Shown in pieces: positions 15,541-31,952 of a DNA stretch of 64,000 nucleotides. The stretch lies in contig CAXIUT010000097.1 of NCBI GenBank assembly GCA_964035545.1, positions 434,001 through 498,000 on the forward strand, written 5' to 3'. The translations under genes and the position numbers were made by a program. A model generated the notes under the pieces. That model was not told the origin of the DNA and did not search any database. It saw only the letters and a list, made by a program, of their open reading frames with translations. Numbering within the stretch: the first letter of the stretch is position 1; every line of letters begins with the position of its first letter. Origin of the DNA: Bugula neritina (lineage: Eukaryota; Animalia; Bryozoa).

Positions 15541-16299
15541 ATATACCAAAATATACTGTAACACATTGAAAAATACTGCAACATACTGAAATACACTGCA
15601 ACACACCGAAAAACACTGAAATTACTGTAACACACTGAAATATACTGCAAAATACTGAAATATACTGCAAAATACTGAAATACACTGCTACATACTGAAA
15701 TATTTTGCAACACACTGCAACATACTGCAACATACTAAAGTATACTGCAACATACTGAAATACACTGCAAAATACTGAAATACACTATAACATACTGAAA
15801 TATACTTCAACATACTGAAATATACTGCTACATACTGAAATATACTGCAACACACTGCAACATACTGCAACATACTAGAATACACTGTAACATAATGAAA
15901 TACACTGCAACACACTGAAATATACTGCAAAATACTGAAATACACTGCTATATACTGAAATACACTGCAACACACTACAACATACTGCAACATGCTAGTA
16001 GCTGCATTATACTGAAATACACTGCTACATACTGAAATATACTGCAAAACACAGCAACATACTGCAACATACTAAAATATACTGCAACATACTAGAATAC
16101 ACTGTAAAATAATGAATTACACTGCAACACATTGAAATATACTGCAAAATACTGAAATACACTGCTATATACTGAAATATACTGCAACACACTACAACAT
16201 ACTGCAACATGCTAAAATCTACTGCAACGAACTGAAATACCCTGCAAAATACTGAAATACACTGTAAGATACTGAAATACACTGCTACATACTGAAATA

Positions 16300-19200
16300 T
16301 ACTGCAACACACTGCAACATACTGCAACATACTAAAATATACTGCAACATACTGAAATACACTGCAGAATACTGAAATACACTGTTACATACTGAAATAT
16401 ACTGCAAAATACTGAAATACACTGCTACATACTGAAATATACTGCAACACACTGTGACATACTGCAACATACTAAAATACACTGTAACATATTGAAATAC
16501 ACTGCAACACATTGAAATATACTGCAATGTACCGAAATATATGGTAAACTACTGAAATATACTGTCACACATTGAAAAATACTGCAACATACTGAAATAT
16601 ACTGCGACACATTGCAATATACTGTAACATACTGAAATATGCTGTAGCACACTGAAATACACTGCAACTCACTGAAATATACTGCAACATACTGAAATAC
16701 ACTGTAACATATTGAAATATACTGCAACATACTGAAATACACTGCTACATACTAAATTTTACTGCAACATACTGCAACATAGTGAAATACACTGTAACAT
16801 ACTGAAATACACTGCAACATACTGCAACATATTGAAATAAACTGCAACACATTGAAATATACTGCATTATACCTAAATATACGGTGATATACCAAAATAT
16901 ACTGTAACACATTTAAAAATACTGCAACATACTGAAACACACTGCAAAAAACTGTAACACACTGAAATAAACTGCAACACACTGCAACATACTGCAACAT
17001 ACTAAAATATACTGTAACATAATGAAATAGACTGCAACACATTGAAATATACTGTAAATTACTGAAATACACTGCTAAATACTGAAATATACTGCAACAC
17101 ACTGCAAGATACTGCAACATACTAAAATATATTGCAACATACTGAAATACACTGCAGAATACTGAAATACACTGTAACATACTGAAATATACTGCAAAAT
17201 ACTGAAATACACTGCTACATACTGAAATATACTGCAACACACTGCGACATACTGCAACATACTAAATTACACTGTAACATATTGAAATACACTGCAACAC
17301 ATTGAAATATACTGCAATGTACCGAAATATATGGTCAACTACTGAAATATACTGTCACACATTGCAATATACTCTAACATACTGAAATATGCTGTAGCAC
17401 ACTGAAATACACTGCAACTCACTGAAATATACTACAACATACTGAAATACACTGTAACATATTGAAATATACTGCAACATACTGAAATACAGTGCTACAT
17501 ACTGAAATATACTGCAACATACTGCAACATAGTGAAATACACTGCAACATACTGCAAGATAGTGAAATACACTGTAACATACTGAATTACACCGCAAAAT
17601 ACTGCAACATATTGAAATGCACTGTAACATATTGAAATACACTGCAACACATTGAAATATACTGCAACATACCTAAATATACGGTATTATACCAAAATAT
17701 ACTGTAACACATTGAAAAATACTGCAACATACTGAAATACACTGCAACACACCGAAAAACACTGAAAATACTGTAACACACTGAAATATACTGCAAAATA
17801 CTGAAATATACTGCAAAATACTGAAATACACTGCTACATACTGAAATATACTGCAACACACCGCAACATACTGCAACATACTAAAGTATACTGCAACATA
17901 CTGAAATACACTGCAAAATACTGAAATACACTATAACATACTGAAATATACTGCAACATACTGAAATACACTGCTACATACTGAAATATACTGCAACACA
18001 CAGCAACATACTGCAACATACTAAAATACACTGTAACATATTGGAATACCCTGCAACACATTGAAATATACTGCAACATACCTAAATATACGGTGATATA
18101 CCAAAATAAACTGTAACACATTTAAAAATACTGCAACATACTGAAATACACTGCAACACTCTGAAATACACTGCAAAATACTGTAACACACTGAAATATA
18201 CTGCAACACACTGCAACATACTGCAACATACTAGAATACACTGTAACATATTGAAATATACTGCAATATACTGAAATACACTGCTATATACCGAAATATA
18301 CTGCAACACACTACAACATACTGCAACATGCTGAAATATACTGCAACATACTGAAATACCCTGCAAAATATACTGAAATACACTGTAACATACTGAAGTA
18401 TACTGCAACATACTGAAATACACTGCTACATACTGAAATTTACTGCGACACACTGCAACATACTGCAACATACTAAAATGCACTGTAACATAGTGAAATA
18501 GACTGCAACACATTGAAATATACTGCAAAATACTGAAATACACTGCTATATACTGAAATTTACTGCAACACACTGCAACATACTGCAACATACTAAAATA
18601 TACTGCAACATACTGAAATACACTGCAAAATATTCAAATACACTGTAACATATTGAAATATACTGCAACATACGGAAATACAGTGCTACATACTGAAATA
18701 TACTGCAACATACTGCAACATAGTGAAATACACTGCAACATACTGCAAGATAGTGAAATACACTGTAACATACTGGAGTATACTGCAACATGCTGAAATA
18801 CACTGCTACATACTGAAATATACTGCAACACACAGCAACATACTGCAACATACTAAAATACACTGTGACATGTTGGAATACACTGCAACACATTGAAATA
18901 TACTGCAAAAGACTGAAATACACTGCTACATACTGAAATATACTGCGACACACTGCAACATACTGCAACATACTAAAATACACTGTAACATATTGAAATA
19001 GACTGCAACACAATGAAATATACTGTAAAATACTAAAATACACTGCTAAATACTGAAATATACTGCAACACACTGCAAGATACTGCAACATACTAAAATA
19101 TACTGCAACATACTGAAATACACTGCAGAATACTGAAATACACTGTAACATACTGAAATATACTGCAAAATACTGAAATACACTGCTACATACTGAAATA

Positions 19201-19670
19201 TACTGCAACACACTGCGACATACTGCAACATACTAAAATACACTGTAACATATTGAAATACACTGCAACACATTGAAATATACTGCAATGTACCGAAATA
19301 TATGGTAAACTACTGAAATATACTGTCACACATTGAAAAACACTGCAACATACTGAAATATACTGCGACACATTGCAATATACTGTAACATACTGAAATA
19401 TGCTGTAGCACACTGAAATACACTGCAACTCACTGAAATATACTGCAACATACTGAAATACACTGTAACATATTGAAATATACTGCAACATACTGAAATA
19501 CACTGCTACATACTAAATTTTACTGCAACATACTGCAACATAGTGAAATACACTGTAACATACTGAAATACACTGCAACATACTGCAACATATTGAAATA
19601 CACTGCAACACATTGAAATATACTGCATTATACCTAAATATACGGTGATATACCAAAATATACTGTAACA
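16300..19670. repeat. Dispersed copy of sequence from the first 7 kb (offsets 12102, 12062, 14863)
   Basis: 4650/16752 = 12102; 5525/17587, 5772/17834 and 6484/18546 = 12062; 4323/19186 and 4650/19513 = 14863. Carries the +2 insertion near 18368 otherwise seen only near 893, 3505 and 6306. Confidence 0.85.
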
Positions 19671-21415
19671 CATTGAAAAATACTGCAACATACTGAAATA
19701 CACTGCAACACACCGAAAAACACTGAAAATACTGTAACACACTGAAATATACTGCAAAATACTGAAATATACTGCAAAATACCAAAATACACTGCTACAT
19801 ACTGAAATATACTGCAACACACCGCAACATACTGCAACATACTAAAGTATACTGCAACATACTGAAATACACTGCAAAATACTGAAATACACTATAACAT
19901 ACTGAAATATACTGCAACATACTGAAATATACTGCTACATACTGAAATATACTGCAAAACACTGCAACATACTGCAACATACTAGAATACACTGTAACAT
20001 AATGAAATACACTGCAACACATTGAAATATACTGCAAAATACTGAAATACACTGCTATATACTGAAATACACTGCAACACACTACAACATACTGCAACAT
20101 GCTAAAAGCTGCAACATACTGAAATACACTGCTACATACTGAAATATACTGCAACACATTGCAACATACTGCAACATACTAAAGTATACTGCAACATACT
20201 GAAATACACTGCAGAATACTGAAATACACTGTAAGATACTGAAATATACTGCAAAATACTGAAATACATTGCTACATACTGAAATATACTGCAACACAAC
20301 GCGACATACTGCAACATACTAAAATACACTGTAACATATTGAAATACACTGCAACACATTGAAATATACTGCAACATACTGAAATATACTGCGACACATT
20401 GCAATATACTGTAACATACTGAAATATCCTGTAGCACACTGAAATACACTGCAACATACTGAAATACACTGTAACATATTGAAATATACTGCAACATACT
20501 GAAATACAGTGCTACATACTGAAATATACTGCAACATACTGCAACATAGTGAAATTCACTGTAACATACTGAAAAACACTGCAACATACTACAACATATT
20601 GAAATACACTGCAACACATTGAAATATACTGCAACATACCTAAATATACGGTGATATACCAAAATAAACTGTAACACATTTAAAAATACTGCAACATACT
20701 GAAATACACTGCAACACTCTGAAATACACACCAAAATACTGTAACACACTGAAATATACTGCAATACACTGCAACATACTGCAACATACTAGAATACACT
20801 GTAACATATTGAAATATACTGCAACATACTGAAATACACTGCTATATACTGAAATATACTGCAACACACTACAACATACTGCAACATGCTAAAATATACT
20901 GCAACATACTGAAATACCCTGCAAAATACTGGAATACACTGTAACATACTGAAGTATACTGCAACATACTGAAATACACTGCTACATACTGAAATATACT
21001 GCAACACACAGCAACATACTGCAACATACTAAAATACACTGTAACATATTGGAATACACTGCAACACATTGAAATATACTGCAAAATACTAAAATACACT
21101 GCTACATACTGAAATTTACTGCGACACACTGCAACATACTGCAACATACCAAAATGCGCTGTAACATAGTGAAATAGACTGCAACACATTGAAATATACT
21201 GCAAAATACTGAAATACACTGCTATATACTGAAATACACTGCAACACACTACAACATACTGCAACATGCTAAAATATACTGCAACATACTGAAATACACT
21301 GCAAAATACTGAAATACACTGTAACATACTGAAGTATACTGCAACATACTGAAATACACTGCTACATACTGAAATATACTGCAAAATACTGAAATACACT
21401 GCTATATACTGAAAT
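19650..21415. repeat. Dispersed copy of about 9930-11700 (offset 9719)
   Basis: 10076/19795, 10413/20132, 10921/20640 and 11150/20869 all equal 9719. Shares the rare CACACCAAAATAC variant and the 60-bp deletion that removes the M1 motif. Confidence 0.88.
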
Positions 21416-21504
21416 ACAGTGCTACATACTAAAATATACTGCAACATACTGCAACATAGTGAAATACAGTGCAACATACTGCAAGATAGTGAAATACACT
21501 GTAA

Positions 21505-23650
21505 CATACTGAAATATACTGCAACACACAGCAACTTACTGCAACATACTAAAATATACTGCAACATACTGAAATACACTGCAAAATATTCAAATACACT
21601 GTAACATATTGAAATATACTGCAACATACTGAAATACAGTGCTACATACTAAAATATACTGCAACATACTGCAACATAGTGAAATACAGTGCAACATACT
21701 GCAAGATAGTGAAATACACTGTAACATACTGAAATACACCGCAAAATACTACAACATATTGAAATGCACTGTAACATATTGAAATACACTGCAACACATT
21801 GAAATATACTGCAACATACCTAAATATACGGTAATATACCAAAATATACTGTAACACATTGAAAAATACTGCAACATACTGAAATACACTGCAACACACC
21901 GAAAAACACTGAAATTACTGTAACACACTGAAATATACTGCAAAATACTGAAATATACTGCAAAATACTGAAATACACTGCTACATACTGAAATATTCTG
22001 CAACACACTGCAACATACTGCAACATACTAAAGTATACTGCAACATACTGAAATACACTGCAAAATACTGAAATACACTATAACATACTGAAATACACTT
22101 CAACATACTGAAATATACTGCTACATACTGAAATATACTGCAACACACTGCAACATACTGCAACATACTAGAATACACTGTAACATAATGAAATACACTG
22201 CAACACATTGAAATATACTGCAAAATACTGAAATACACTGCTATATACTGAAATACACTGCAACACACTACAACATACTGCAACATGCTAGTAGCTGCAT
22301 TATACTGAAATACACTGCTACATACTGAAATATACTGCAAAACACAGCAACATACTGCAACATACTAAAATATACTGCAACATACTAGAATACACTGTAA
22401 CATAATGAAATACACTGCAACACATTGAAATATACTGCAAAATACTGAAATACACTGCTATATACTGAAATATACTGCAACACACTACAACATACTGCAA
22501 CATGCTAAAATCTACTGCAACGAACTGAAATACCCTGCAAAATACTGAAATACACTGTAAGATACTGAAATACACTGCTACATACTGAAATATACTGCAA
22601 CACACTGCAACATACTGCAACATACTAAAATATACTGCAACATACTGAAATACACTGCAGAATACTGAAATACACTGTAACATACTGAAATATACTGCAA
22701 AATACTGAAATACACTGCTACATACTGAAATATACTGCAACACACTGCGACATACTGCAACATACTAAAATACACTGTAACATATTGAAATACACTGCAA
22801 CACATTGAAATATACTGCAATGTACCGAAATATATGGTAAACTACTGAAATATACTGTCACACATTGAAAAATACTGCAACATACTGAAATATACTGCGA
22901 CACATTGCAATATACTGTAACATACTGAAATATGCTGTAGCACACTGAAATACACTGCAACTCACTGAAATATACTGCAACATACTGAAATACACTGTAA
23001 CATATTGAAATATACTGCAACATACTGAAATACACTGCTACATACTAAAATTTACTGCAACATACTGCAACATAGTGAAATACACTGTAACATACTGAAA
23101 TACACTGCAACATACTGCAACATATTGAAATACACTGCAACACATTGAAATATACTGCATTATACCTAAATATACGGTGATATACCAAAATATACTGTAA
23201 CACATTTAAAAATACTGCAACATACTGAAATACACTGCAACACACTGAAATACACTGCAAAAAACTGTAACACACTGAAATAATCTGCAACACACTGCAA
23301 CATGCTGCAACATACTAAAATATACTGTAACATATTGAAATAGACTGCAACACAATGAAATATACTGTAAATTACTGAAATACACTGCTAAATACTGAAA
23401 TATACTGCAACACACTGCAAGATACTGCAACATACTAAAATATATTGCAACATACTGAAATACACTGCAGAATGCTGAGATACACTGTAACATACAGAAA
23501 TATACTGCAAAATACTGAAATACACTGCTACATACTGAAATATACTGCAACACACTGCGACATACTGCAACATACTAAATTACACTGTAACATATTTAAA
23601 TACACTGCAACACATTGAAATATACTGCAATGTACCGAAATATATGGTCA
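21505..23650. repeat. Dispersed copy of about 15210-17340 (offset 6293)
   Basis: 15349/21642, 15688/21981, 16025/22318, 16425/22718 and 16752/23045 all equal 6293. Shares the GCTAGTAGCTGCATTATAC and CGAACTG variants. Confidence 0.88.
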
Positions 23651-26600
23651 ACTACTGAAATATACTGTCACACATTGAAAAACACTGCAACATACTGAAA
23701 TATACTGCGACACATTGCAATATACTGTAACATACTGAAATATGCTGTAGCACACTGAAATACACTGCAACTCACTGAAATATACTGCAACATACTGAAA
23801 TACACTGTAACATATTGAAATATACTGCAACATACTGAAATACAGTGCTACATACTGAAATATACTGCAACATACTGCAACATAGTGAAATACACTGCAA
23901 CATACTGCAAGATAGTGAAATACACTGTAACATACTGAGTTACACCGCAAAATACTGCAACATATTGAAATGCACTGTAACATATTGAAATACACTGCAA
24001 CACATTGAAATATACTGCAACATACCTAAATATACGGTATTATACCAAAATATACTGTAACACATTGAAAAATACTGCAACATACTGAAATACACTGCAA
24101 CACACCGAAAAACACTGAAAATACTGTAACACACTGAAATATACTGCAAAATACTGAAATATACTGCGAAATACTGAAATACACTGCTACATACTGAAAT
24201 ATACTGCAACACACCGCAACATACTGCAACATACTAAAGTATACTGCAACATACTGAAATACACTGCAAAATACTGAAATACACTATAACATACTGAAAT
24301 ATACTGCAACATACTGAAATATACTGCTACATACTGAAATATACTGCAACACACTGCAACATACTGCAACATACTAGAATACTCTGTAACATAATGAAAT
24401 ACACTGCAACACATTGAAATATACTGCAAAATACTGAAATACACTGCTATATACTGAAATACACTGCAACACACTACAACATACTGCAACATGCTAAAAG
24501 CTGCAACATACTGAAATACACTGCTACATACTGAAGTATACTGCAACACACAGCAACATACTGCAACATACTAAAATACACTGTAACATAATGAAATACA
24601 CTGCAACATACTGAAATATACTGCAACATACTGCAACATAGTGAAATTCACTGTAACATACTGAAAAACACTGCAACATACTACAACATATTGAAATACA
24701 CTGCAACACATTGAAATATACTGCAACATACCAAAATATACGGTGATATACCAAAATAAACTGTAACACATTTAAAAATACTGCAACATACTGAAATACA
24801 CTGCAACACTCTGAAATACACTGCAAAATACTGTAACACACTGAAATATACTGCAACACACTGCAACATACTGCAACATACTAGAATACACTGTAACATA
24901 TTGAAATATACTGCAATATACTGAAATACACTGCTATATACTGAAATATACTGCAACACACTACAACATACTGCAACATGCTTAAATATACTGCAACATA
25001 CTGAAATACCCTGCAAAATACTGAAATACACTGTAACATACTGAAGTATACTGCAACATACTGAAATACACTGCTACATACTGAAATATACTGCAACACA
25101 CAGCAACATACTGCAACATACTAAAATACACTGTAACATATTGGAATACACTGCAACACATTGGAATATACTGCAAAATACTGAAATACACTGCTACATA
25201 CTGAAATTTACTGCGACACACTGCAACATACTGCAACATACTAAAATATACTGCAACATACTGAAATACACTGCAGAATACTGAAATACACTGTAACATA
25301 CTGAAATATACTGCAAAATACTGAAATACACTGCTACATACTGAAATATACTGCAACACACCGAAAAACACTGAAATTACTGTAACACACTGAAATATAC
25401 TGCAAAATACTGAAATATACTGCAAAATACTGAAATACACTGCTACATACTGAAATATTCTGCAACACACTGCAACATACTGCAACATACTAAAGTATAC
25501 TGCAACATACTGAAATACACTGCAAAATACTGAAATACACTATAACATACTGAAATACACTTCAACATACTGAAATATACTGCTACATACTGAAATATAC
25601 TGCAACACACTGCAACATACTGCAACATACTAGAATACACTGTAACATAATGAAATACACTGCAACACATTGAAATATACTGCAAAATACTGAAATACAC
25701 TGCTATATACTGAAATACACTGCAACACACTACAACATACTGCAACATGCTAGTAGCTGCATTATACTGAAATACACTGCTACATACTGAAATATACTGC
25801 AAAACACAGCAACATACTGCAACATACTAAAATATACTGCAACATACTAGAATACACTGTAACATAATGAAATACACTGCAACACATTGAAATATACTGC
25901 AAAATACTGAAATATACTGCGACACATCGCAATATAATGTAACGTACTGAAATATGCTGTAGCACATTGAAATACACTGCAACTCACTGAAATATACTGC
26001 AACATATTGAAATATACTGCAACATACTGAAATACACTGCTACATACTAAAATATACTGCAACATACTGCAACATAGTGAAATACACTGTAACATACTGA
26101 AATACACTGCAACATACTACAACATATTGAAATACACTGCAACACATTGAAATATACTGCATTATACCTAAATATACGGTGATATACCAAAATATACTGT
26201 AACACATTTAAAAATACTGCAACATACTGAAAGACACTGCAACACACTGAAATACACTGCAAAATACTGTAACACACTGAAATATACTGCAACACACTGC
26301 AACATACTGCAACATACTAAAATATACTGCAACATACTGAAATACACTGCAAAACATTCAAATACACTGTAACATATTGAAATATACTGCAACATACTGA
26401 AATACAGTGCTACATACTGAAATATACTGCAACATACTGCAACATACTGCAACATACTAGAATACACTGTAACATAATGAAATACACTGCAACACATTGA
26501 AATATACTGCAAAATACTGAAATACACTGCTATATACTGAAATACACTGCAACACACTACAACATACTGCAACATGCTAAAAGCTGCAACATACTGAAAT

Positions 26601-29359
26601 ACACTGCTACATACTGAAGTATACTGCAATACACAGCAACATACTGCAACATACTAAAATACACTGTAACATATTGGAATACACTGCAACACATTGAAAT
26701 ATACTGCAAAATACTGAAATACACTGCTACATACTGAAATATACTGCAACACACTGCAACATACTGCAACATACTAAAGTATACTGCAACATACTGAAAT
26801 ACACTGCGGAATACTGAAATACACTGTAACATACTGAAATATACTGCATAATACTGAAATACATTGCTACATACTGAAATATACTGCAACACACTGCGAC
26901 ATACTGCAACATACTAAAATACACTGTAACATATTGAAATACACTGCAACACATTGAAATATACTGCAATGTACCGAAATATATGGTAAACTACTGAAGT
27001 ATACTGTAACACATTGAAAAATACTGCAACATACTGAAATATACTGCGACACATTGCAATATACTGTAACATACTGAAATATGCTGTAGCACACTGAAAT
27101 ACACTGCAACATACTGAAATACACTGTAACATATTGAAATATACTGCAACATACTGAAATACAGTGCTACATACTGAAATATACTGCAACATACTGCAAC
27201 ATAGTGAAATTCACTGTAACATACTGAAAAACACTGCAACATACTACAACATATTGAAATACAATGCAACACATTGAAATATACTGCAACATACCAAAAT
27301 ATACGGTGATATACCAAAATAAACTGTAACACATTTAAAAATACTGCAACATACTGAAATACACTGCAACACTCTGAAATACACTGCAAAATACTGTAAC
27401 ACACTGAAATATACTGCAACACACTGCAACATACGGCAACATACTAGAATACACTGTAACATATTGAAATATACTGCAATATACTGAAATACAATGCTAT
27501 ATACTGAAATATACTGCAACACACTACAACATACTGCAACATACTGAAATACCCGGCAAAATACTGAAATACACTGTAACATACTGAAGTATACTGCAAC
27601 ATACTGAAATACACTGCTACATACTGAAATATACTGCAACACACAGCAACATACTGCAACATACTAAAATACACTGTAACATATTGGAATACACTGCAAC
27701 ACATTGAAATATACTGCAAAATACTGAAATACACTGCTACATACTGAAATTTACTGCGACACACTGCAACATACTGCAACATACTAAAATGCACTGTAAC
27801 ATAGTGAAATAGACTGCAACATATTGAAATATACTGCAAAATACTGAAATACACTGCTATATACTGAAATACACTGCAACACACTACAACATACTGCAAC
27901 ATGCTAAAATATACTGCAACATACTGAAATACACTGCAAAATACTGAAATACACTGTAACATACTGAAGTATACTGCAACATACTGAAATACACTGCTAC
28001 ATACTGAAATATACTGCAACACACAGCAACATACTGCAACATACTAAAATACACTGTAACATATTGGAATACACTGCATCACATTGAAATATACTGCAAA
28101 ATACTGAAATACACTGCTACATACTGAAATATACTGCGACACACCGCAACATACCGCAACGTACTAAAATACACTGTAACATATTGAAATAGACTGCAAC
28201 ACATTGAAACATACTGCAAAATACTGAAATACACTGCTACATACTGAAATATACTGCAACACACCGAAATGTACTGCAACACACTGCAACATACTGCAAC
28301 ATACTAGAATACACTGTAACATAATGAAATACACTGCAACACATTGAAATATACTGCAAAATACTGAAATACACTGCTATATACTGAAATATACTGCAAC
28401 ACACTACAACATACTGCAACATGCTAAAATCTACTGCAACATACTGAAATACCCTGCAAAATACTGAAATACACTGTAACATACTGAAATACACTGCTAC
28501 ATACTGAAGTATACTGCAACACACTGCAACGTACTGCAACATACTAAAATATACTGCAACATACTGAAATACACTGCAGAATACTGAAATACACTGTAAC
28601 ATACTGAAATATACTGCAAAATACTGAAATACACTGCTACACACTGAAATATACTGCAACACACTGCGACTTACTGCAACATACTAAAATACACTGTGAC
28701 ATATTGAAATACACTGCAACACATTGAAATATATTGCAATGTACCGAAATACATGGTAAACTACTGAAATATACTGTCACACATTTAAAAATACTGCAAC
28801 ATACTGAAACATACTGCGACACATCGCAATATAATGTAACGTACTGAAATATGCTGTAGCACATTGAAATACACTGCAACTCACTGAAATATACTGCAAC
28901 ATATTGAAATATACTGCAACATACTGAAATACACTGCTACATACTAAAATATACTGCAACATACTGCAACATAGTGAAATACACTGTAACATACTGAAAT
29001 ACACTGCAACATACTACAACATATTGAAATACACTGCAACACATTGAAATATACTGCATTATACCTAAATATACGGTGATATACCAAAATATACTGTAAC
29101 ACATTTAAAATTACTGCAACATACTGAAAGACACTGCAACACACTGAAATACACTGCAAAATACTGTAACACACTGAAATATACTGTCACACATTGAAAA
29201 ACACTGCAACATACTGAAATATACTGCGACACATTGCAATATACTGTAACATACTGAAATATTCTGTAGCACACTGAAATACACTGCAACTCACTGAAAT
29301 ATACTGCAACATACTGAAGTACACTGTAACATATTGAAATATACTGCAACATACTGAAA

Positions 29360-30900
29360 TACAGTGCTACATACTAAAATTTACTGCAACATACTGCAAC
29401 ATAGTGAAATACACTGTAACATACTGAAATACACTGCAACATACTGCAACATATTGAAATACACTGCAACACATTGAAATATACTGCATTATACCTAAAT
29501 ATACGGTGATATACCAAAATATACTGTAACACATTTAAAAATACTGCAACATACTGAAATACACTGCAACACACTGAAATACACTGCAAAAAACTGTAAC
29601 ACACTGAAATAATCTGCAACACACTGCAACATACTGCAACATACTAAAATATACTGTAACATATTGAAATAGACTGCAACACATTGAAATATACTGTAAA
29701 TTACTGAAATACACTGCTAAATACTGAAATATACTGCAACACACTGCAAGATACTGCAACATACTAAAATATATTGCAACATACTGAAATACACTGCAGA
29801 ATACTGAAATACACTGTAACATACAGAAATATACTGCAAAATACTGAAATACACTGCTACATACTGAAATATACTGCAACACACTGCGACATACTGCAAC
29901 ATACTAAATTACACTGTAACATATTAAAAGACACTGCAACACATTGAAATACACTGCAATGTACCGAAATATATGGTCAACTACTGAAATATACTGTCAC
30001 ACATTGAAAAACACTGCAACATACTGAAATATACTGCGACACATTGCAATATACTGTAACATACTGAAATATGCTGTAGCACACTGAAATACACTGCAAC
30101 TCACTGAAATATACTGCAACATACTGAAATACACTGTAACATATTGAAATATACTGCAACATACTGAAATACAGTGCTACATACTGAAATATACTGCAAC
30201 ATACTGCAACATAGTGAAATACACTGCAACATACTGCAAGAAAGTGAAATACACTGTAACATACTGAATTACACCGCAAAATACTGCAACATATTGAAAT
30301 GCACTGTAACATATTGAAATACACTGCAACACATTGAAATATACTGCAACATACCTAAATATACGGTATTATACCAAAATATACTGTAACACATTGAAAA
30401 ATACTGCAACATACTGAAATACACTGCAACACACCGAAAAACACTGAAAATACTGTAACACACTGAAATATACTGCAAAATACTGAAATATACTGCAAAA
30501 TACTGAAATACACTGCTACATACTGAAATATACTGCAACACACCGCAACATACTGCAACATACTTAAGTATACTGCAACATACTGAAATACACTGCAAAA
30601 TACTGAAATACACTATAACATACTGAAATATACTGCAACATACTGAAATATACTGCTACATACTGAAATATACTGCAACACACTGCAACATACTGCCACA
30701 TACTAGAATACACTGTAACATAATGAAATACACTGCAACACATTGAAATATACTGCAAAATACTGAAATACACTGCTATATACTGAAATACACTGCAACA
30801 CACTACAACATACTGCAACATGCTAAAAGCTGCAACATACTGAAATACACTGCTACATACTGAAGTATACTGCAACACACAGCAACATACTGCAACATAC
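29360..30900. repeat. Dispersed copy of about 23030-24570 (offset 6329)
   Basis: 23045/29374, 23206/29535, 23648/29977 and 24026/30355 all equal 6329. Shares the AATAATCTGC and ATACAGAAAT variants. Confidence 0.88.
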
Positions 30901-31952
30901 TAAAATACACTGTAACATATTGGAATACACTGCAACACATTGAAATATACTGCAAAATACTGAAATACACTGCTACATACTGAAATATACTGCAACACAC
31001 TGCAACATACTTTAACATACTAAATTATACTGCAACATACTGAAATACACTGCGGAATACTGAAATACACTGTAACATACTGAAATATACTGCAAAATAC
31101 TGAAATACATTGCTACATACTGAAATATACTGCAACACACTGCGACATACTGCAACATACTAAAATACACTGTAACATATTGAAATACACTGCAACATAC
31201 TGAAATATACTGCAACATACTGCAACATAGTGAAATTCACTGTAACATACTGAAAAACACTGCAACATACTACAACATATTGAAATACACTGCAACACAT
31301 TGAAATATACTGCAACATACCAAAATATACGGTGATATACCAAAATAAACTGTAACACATTTAAAAATACTGCAACATACTGAAATACACTGCAACACTC
31401 TGAAATACACTGCAAAATACTGTAACACACTGAAATATACTGCAACACACTGCAACATACTGCAACATACTAGAATACACTGTAACATATTGAAATATAC
31501 TGCAATATACTGAAATACACTGCTATATACTGAAATATACTGCAACACACTACAACATACTGCAACATGCTAAAATATACTGCAACATACTGAAATACCC
31601 TGCAAAATACTGAAATACACTGTAACATACTGAAGTATACTGCAACATACTGAAATACACTGCTACATACTGAAATATACTGCAACACACAGCAACATAC
31701 TGCAACATACTAAAATACACTGTAACATATTGGAATACACTGCAACACATTGGAATATACTGCAAAATACTGAAAAACACTGCTACATACTGAAATATAC
31801 TGCAACACACAGCAACATACTGCAACATACTAAAATACACTGTAACATATTGGAATACACTGCAACACATTGAAATATACCGCAATGTAGCGAAATATAT
31901 GGTAAACTACTGAAATATACTGTCACACATTTAAAAATACTGCAACATACTG

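Noticed and set aside
21419-21604. Single plus-strand ORF (61 aa)
   Set aside because: Chance run in which the TGA codons fall out of frame within a rearranged patch; it is pure repeat translation.
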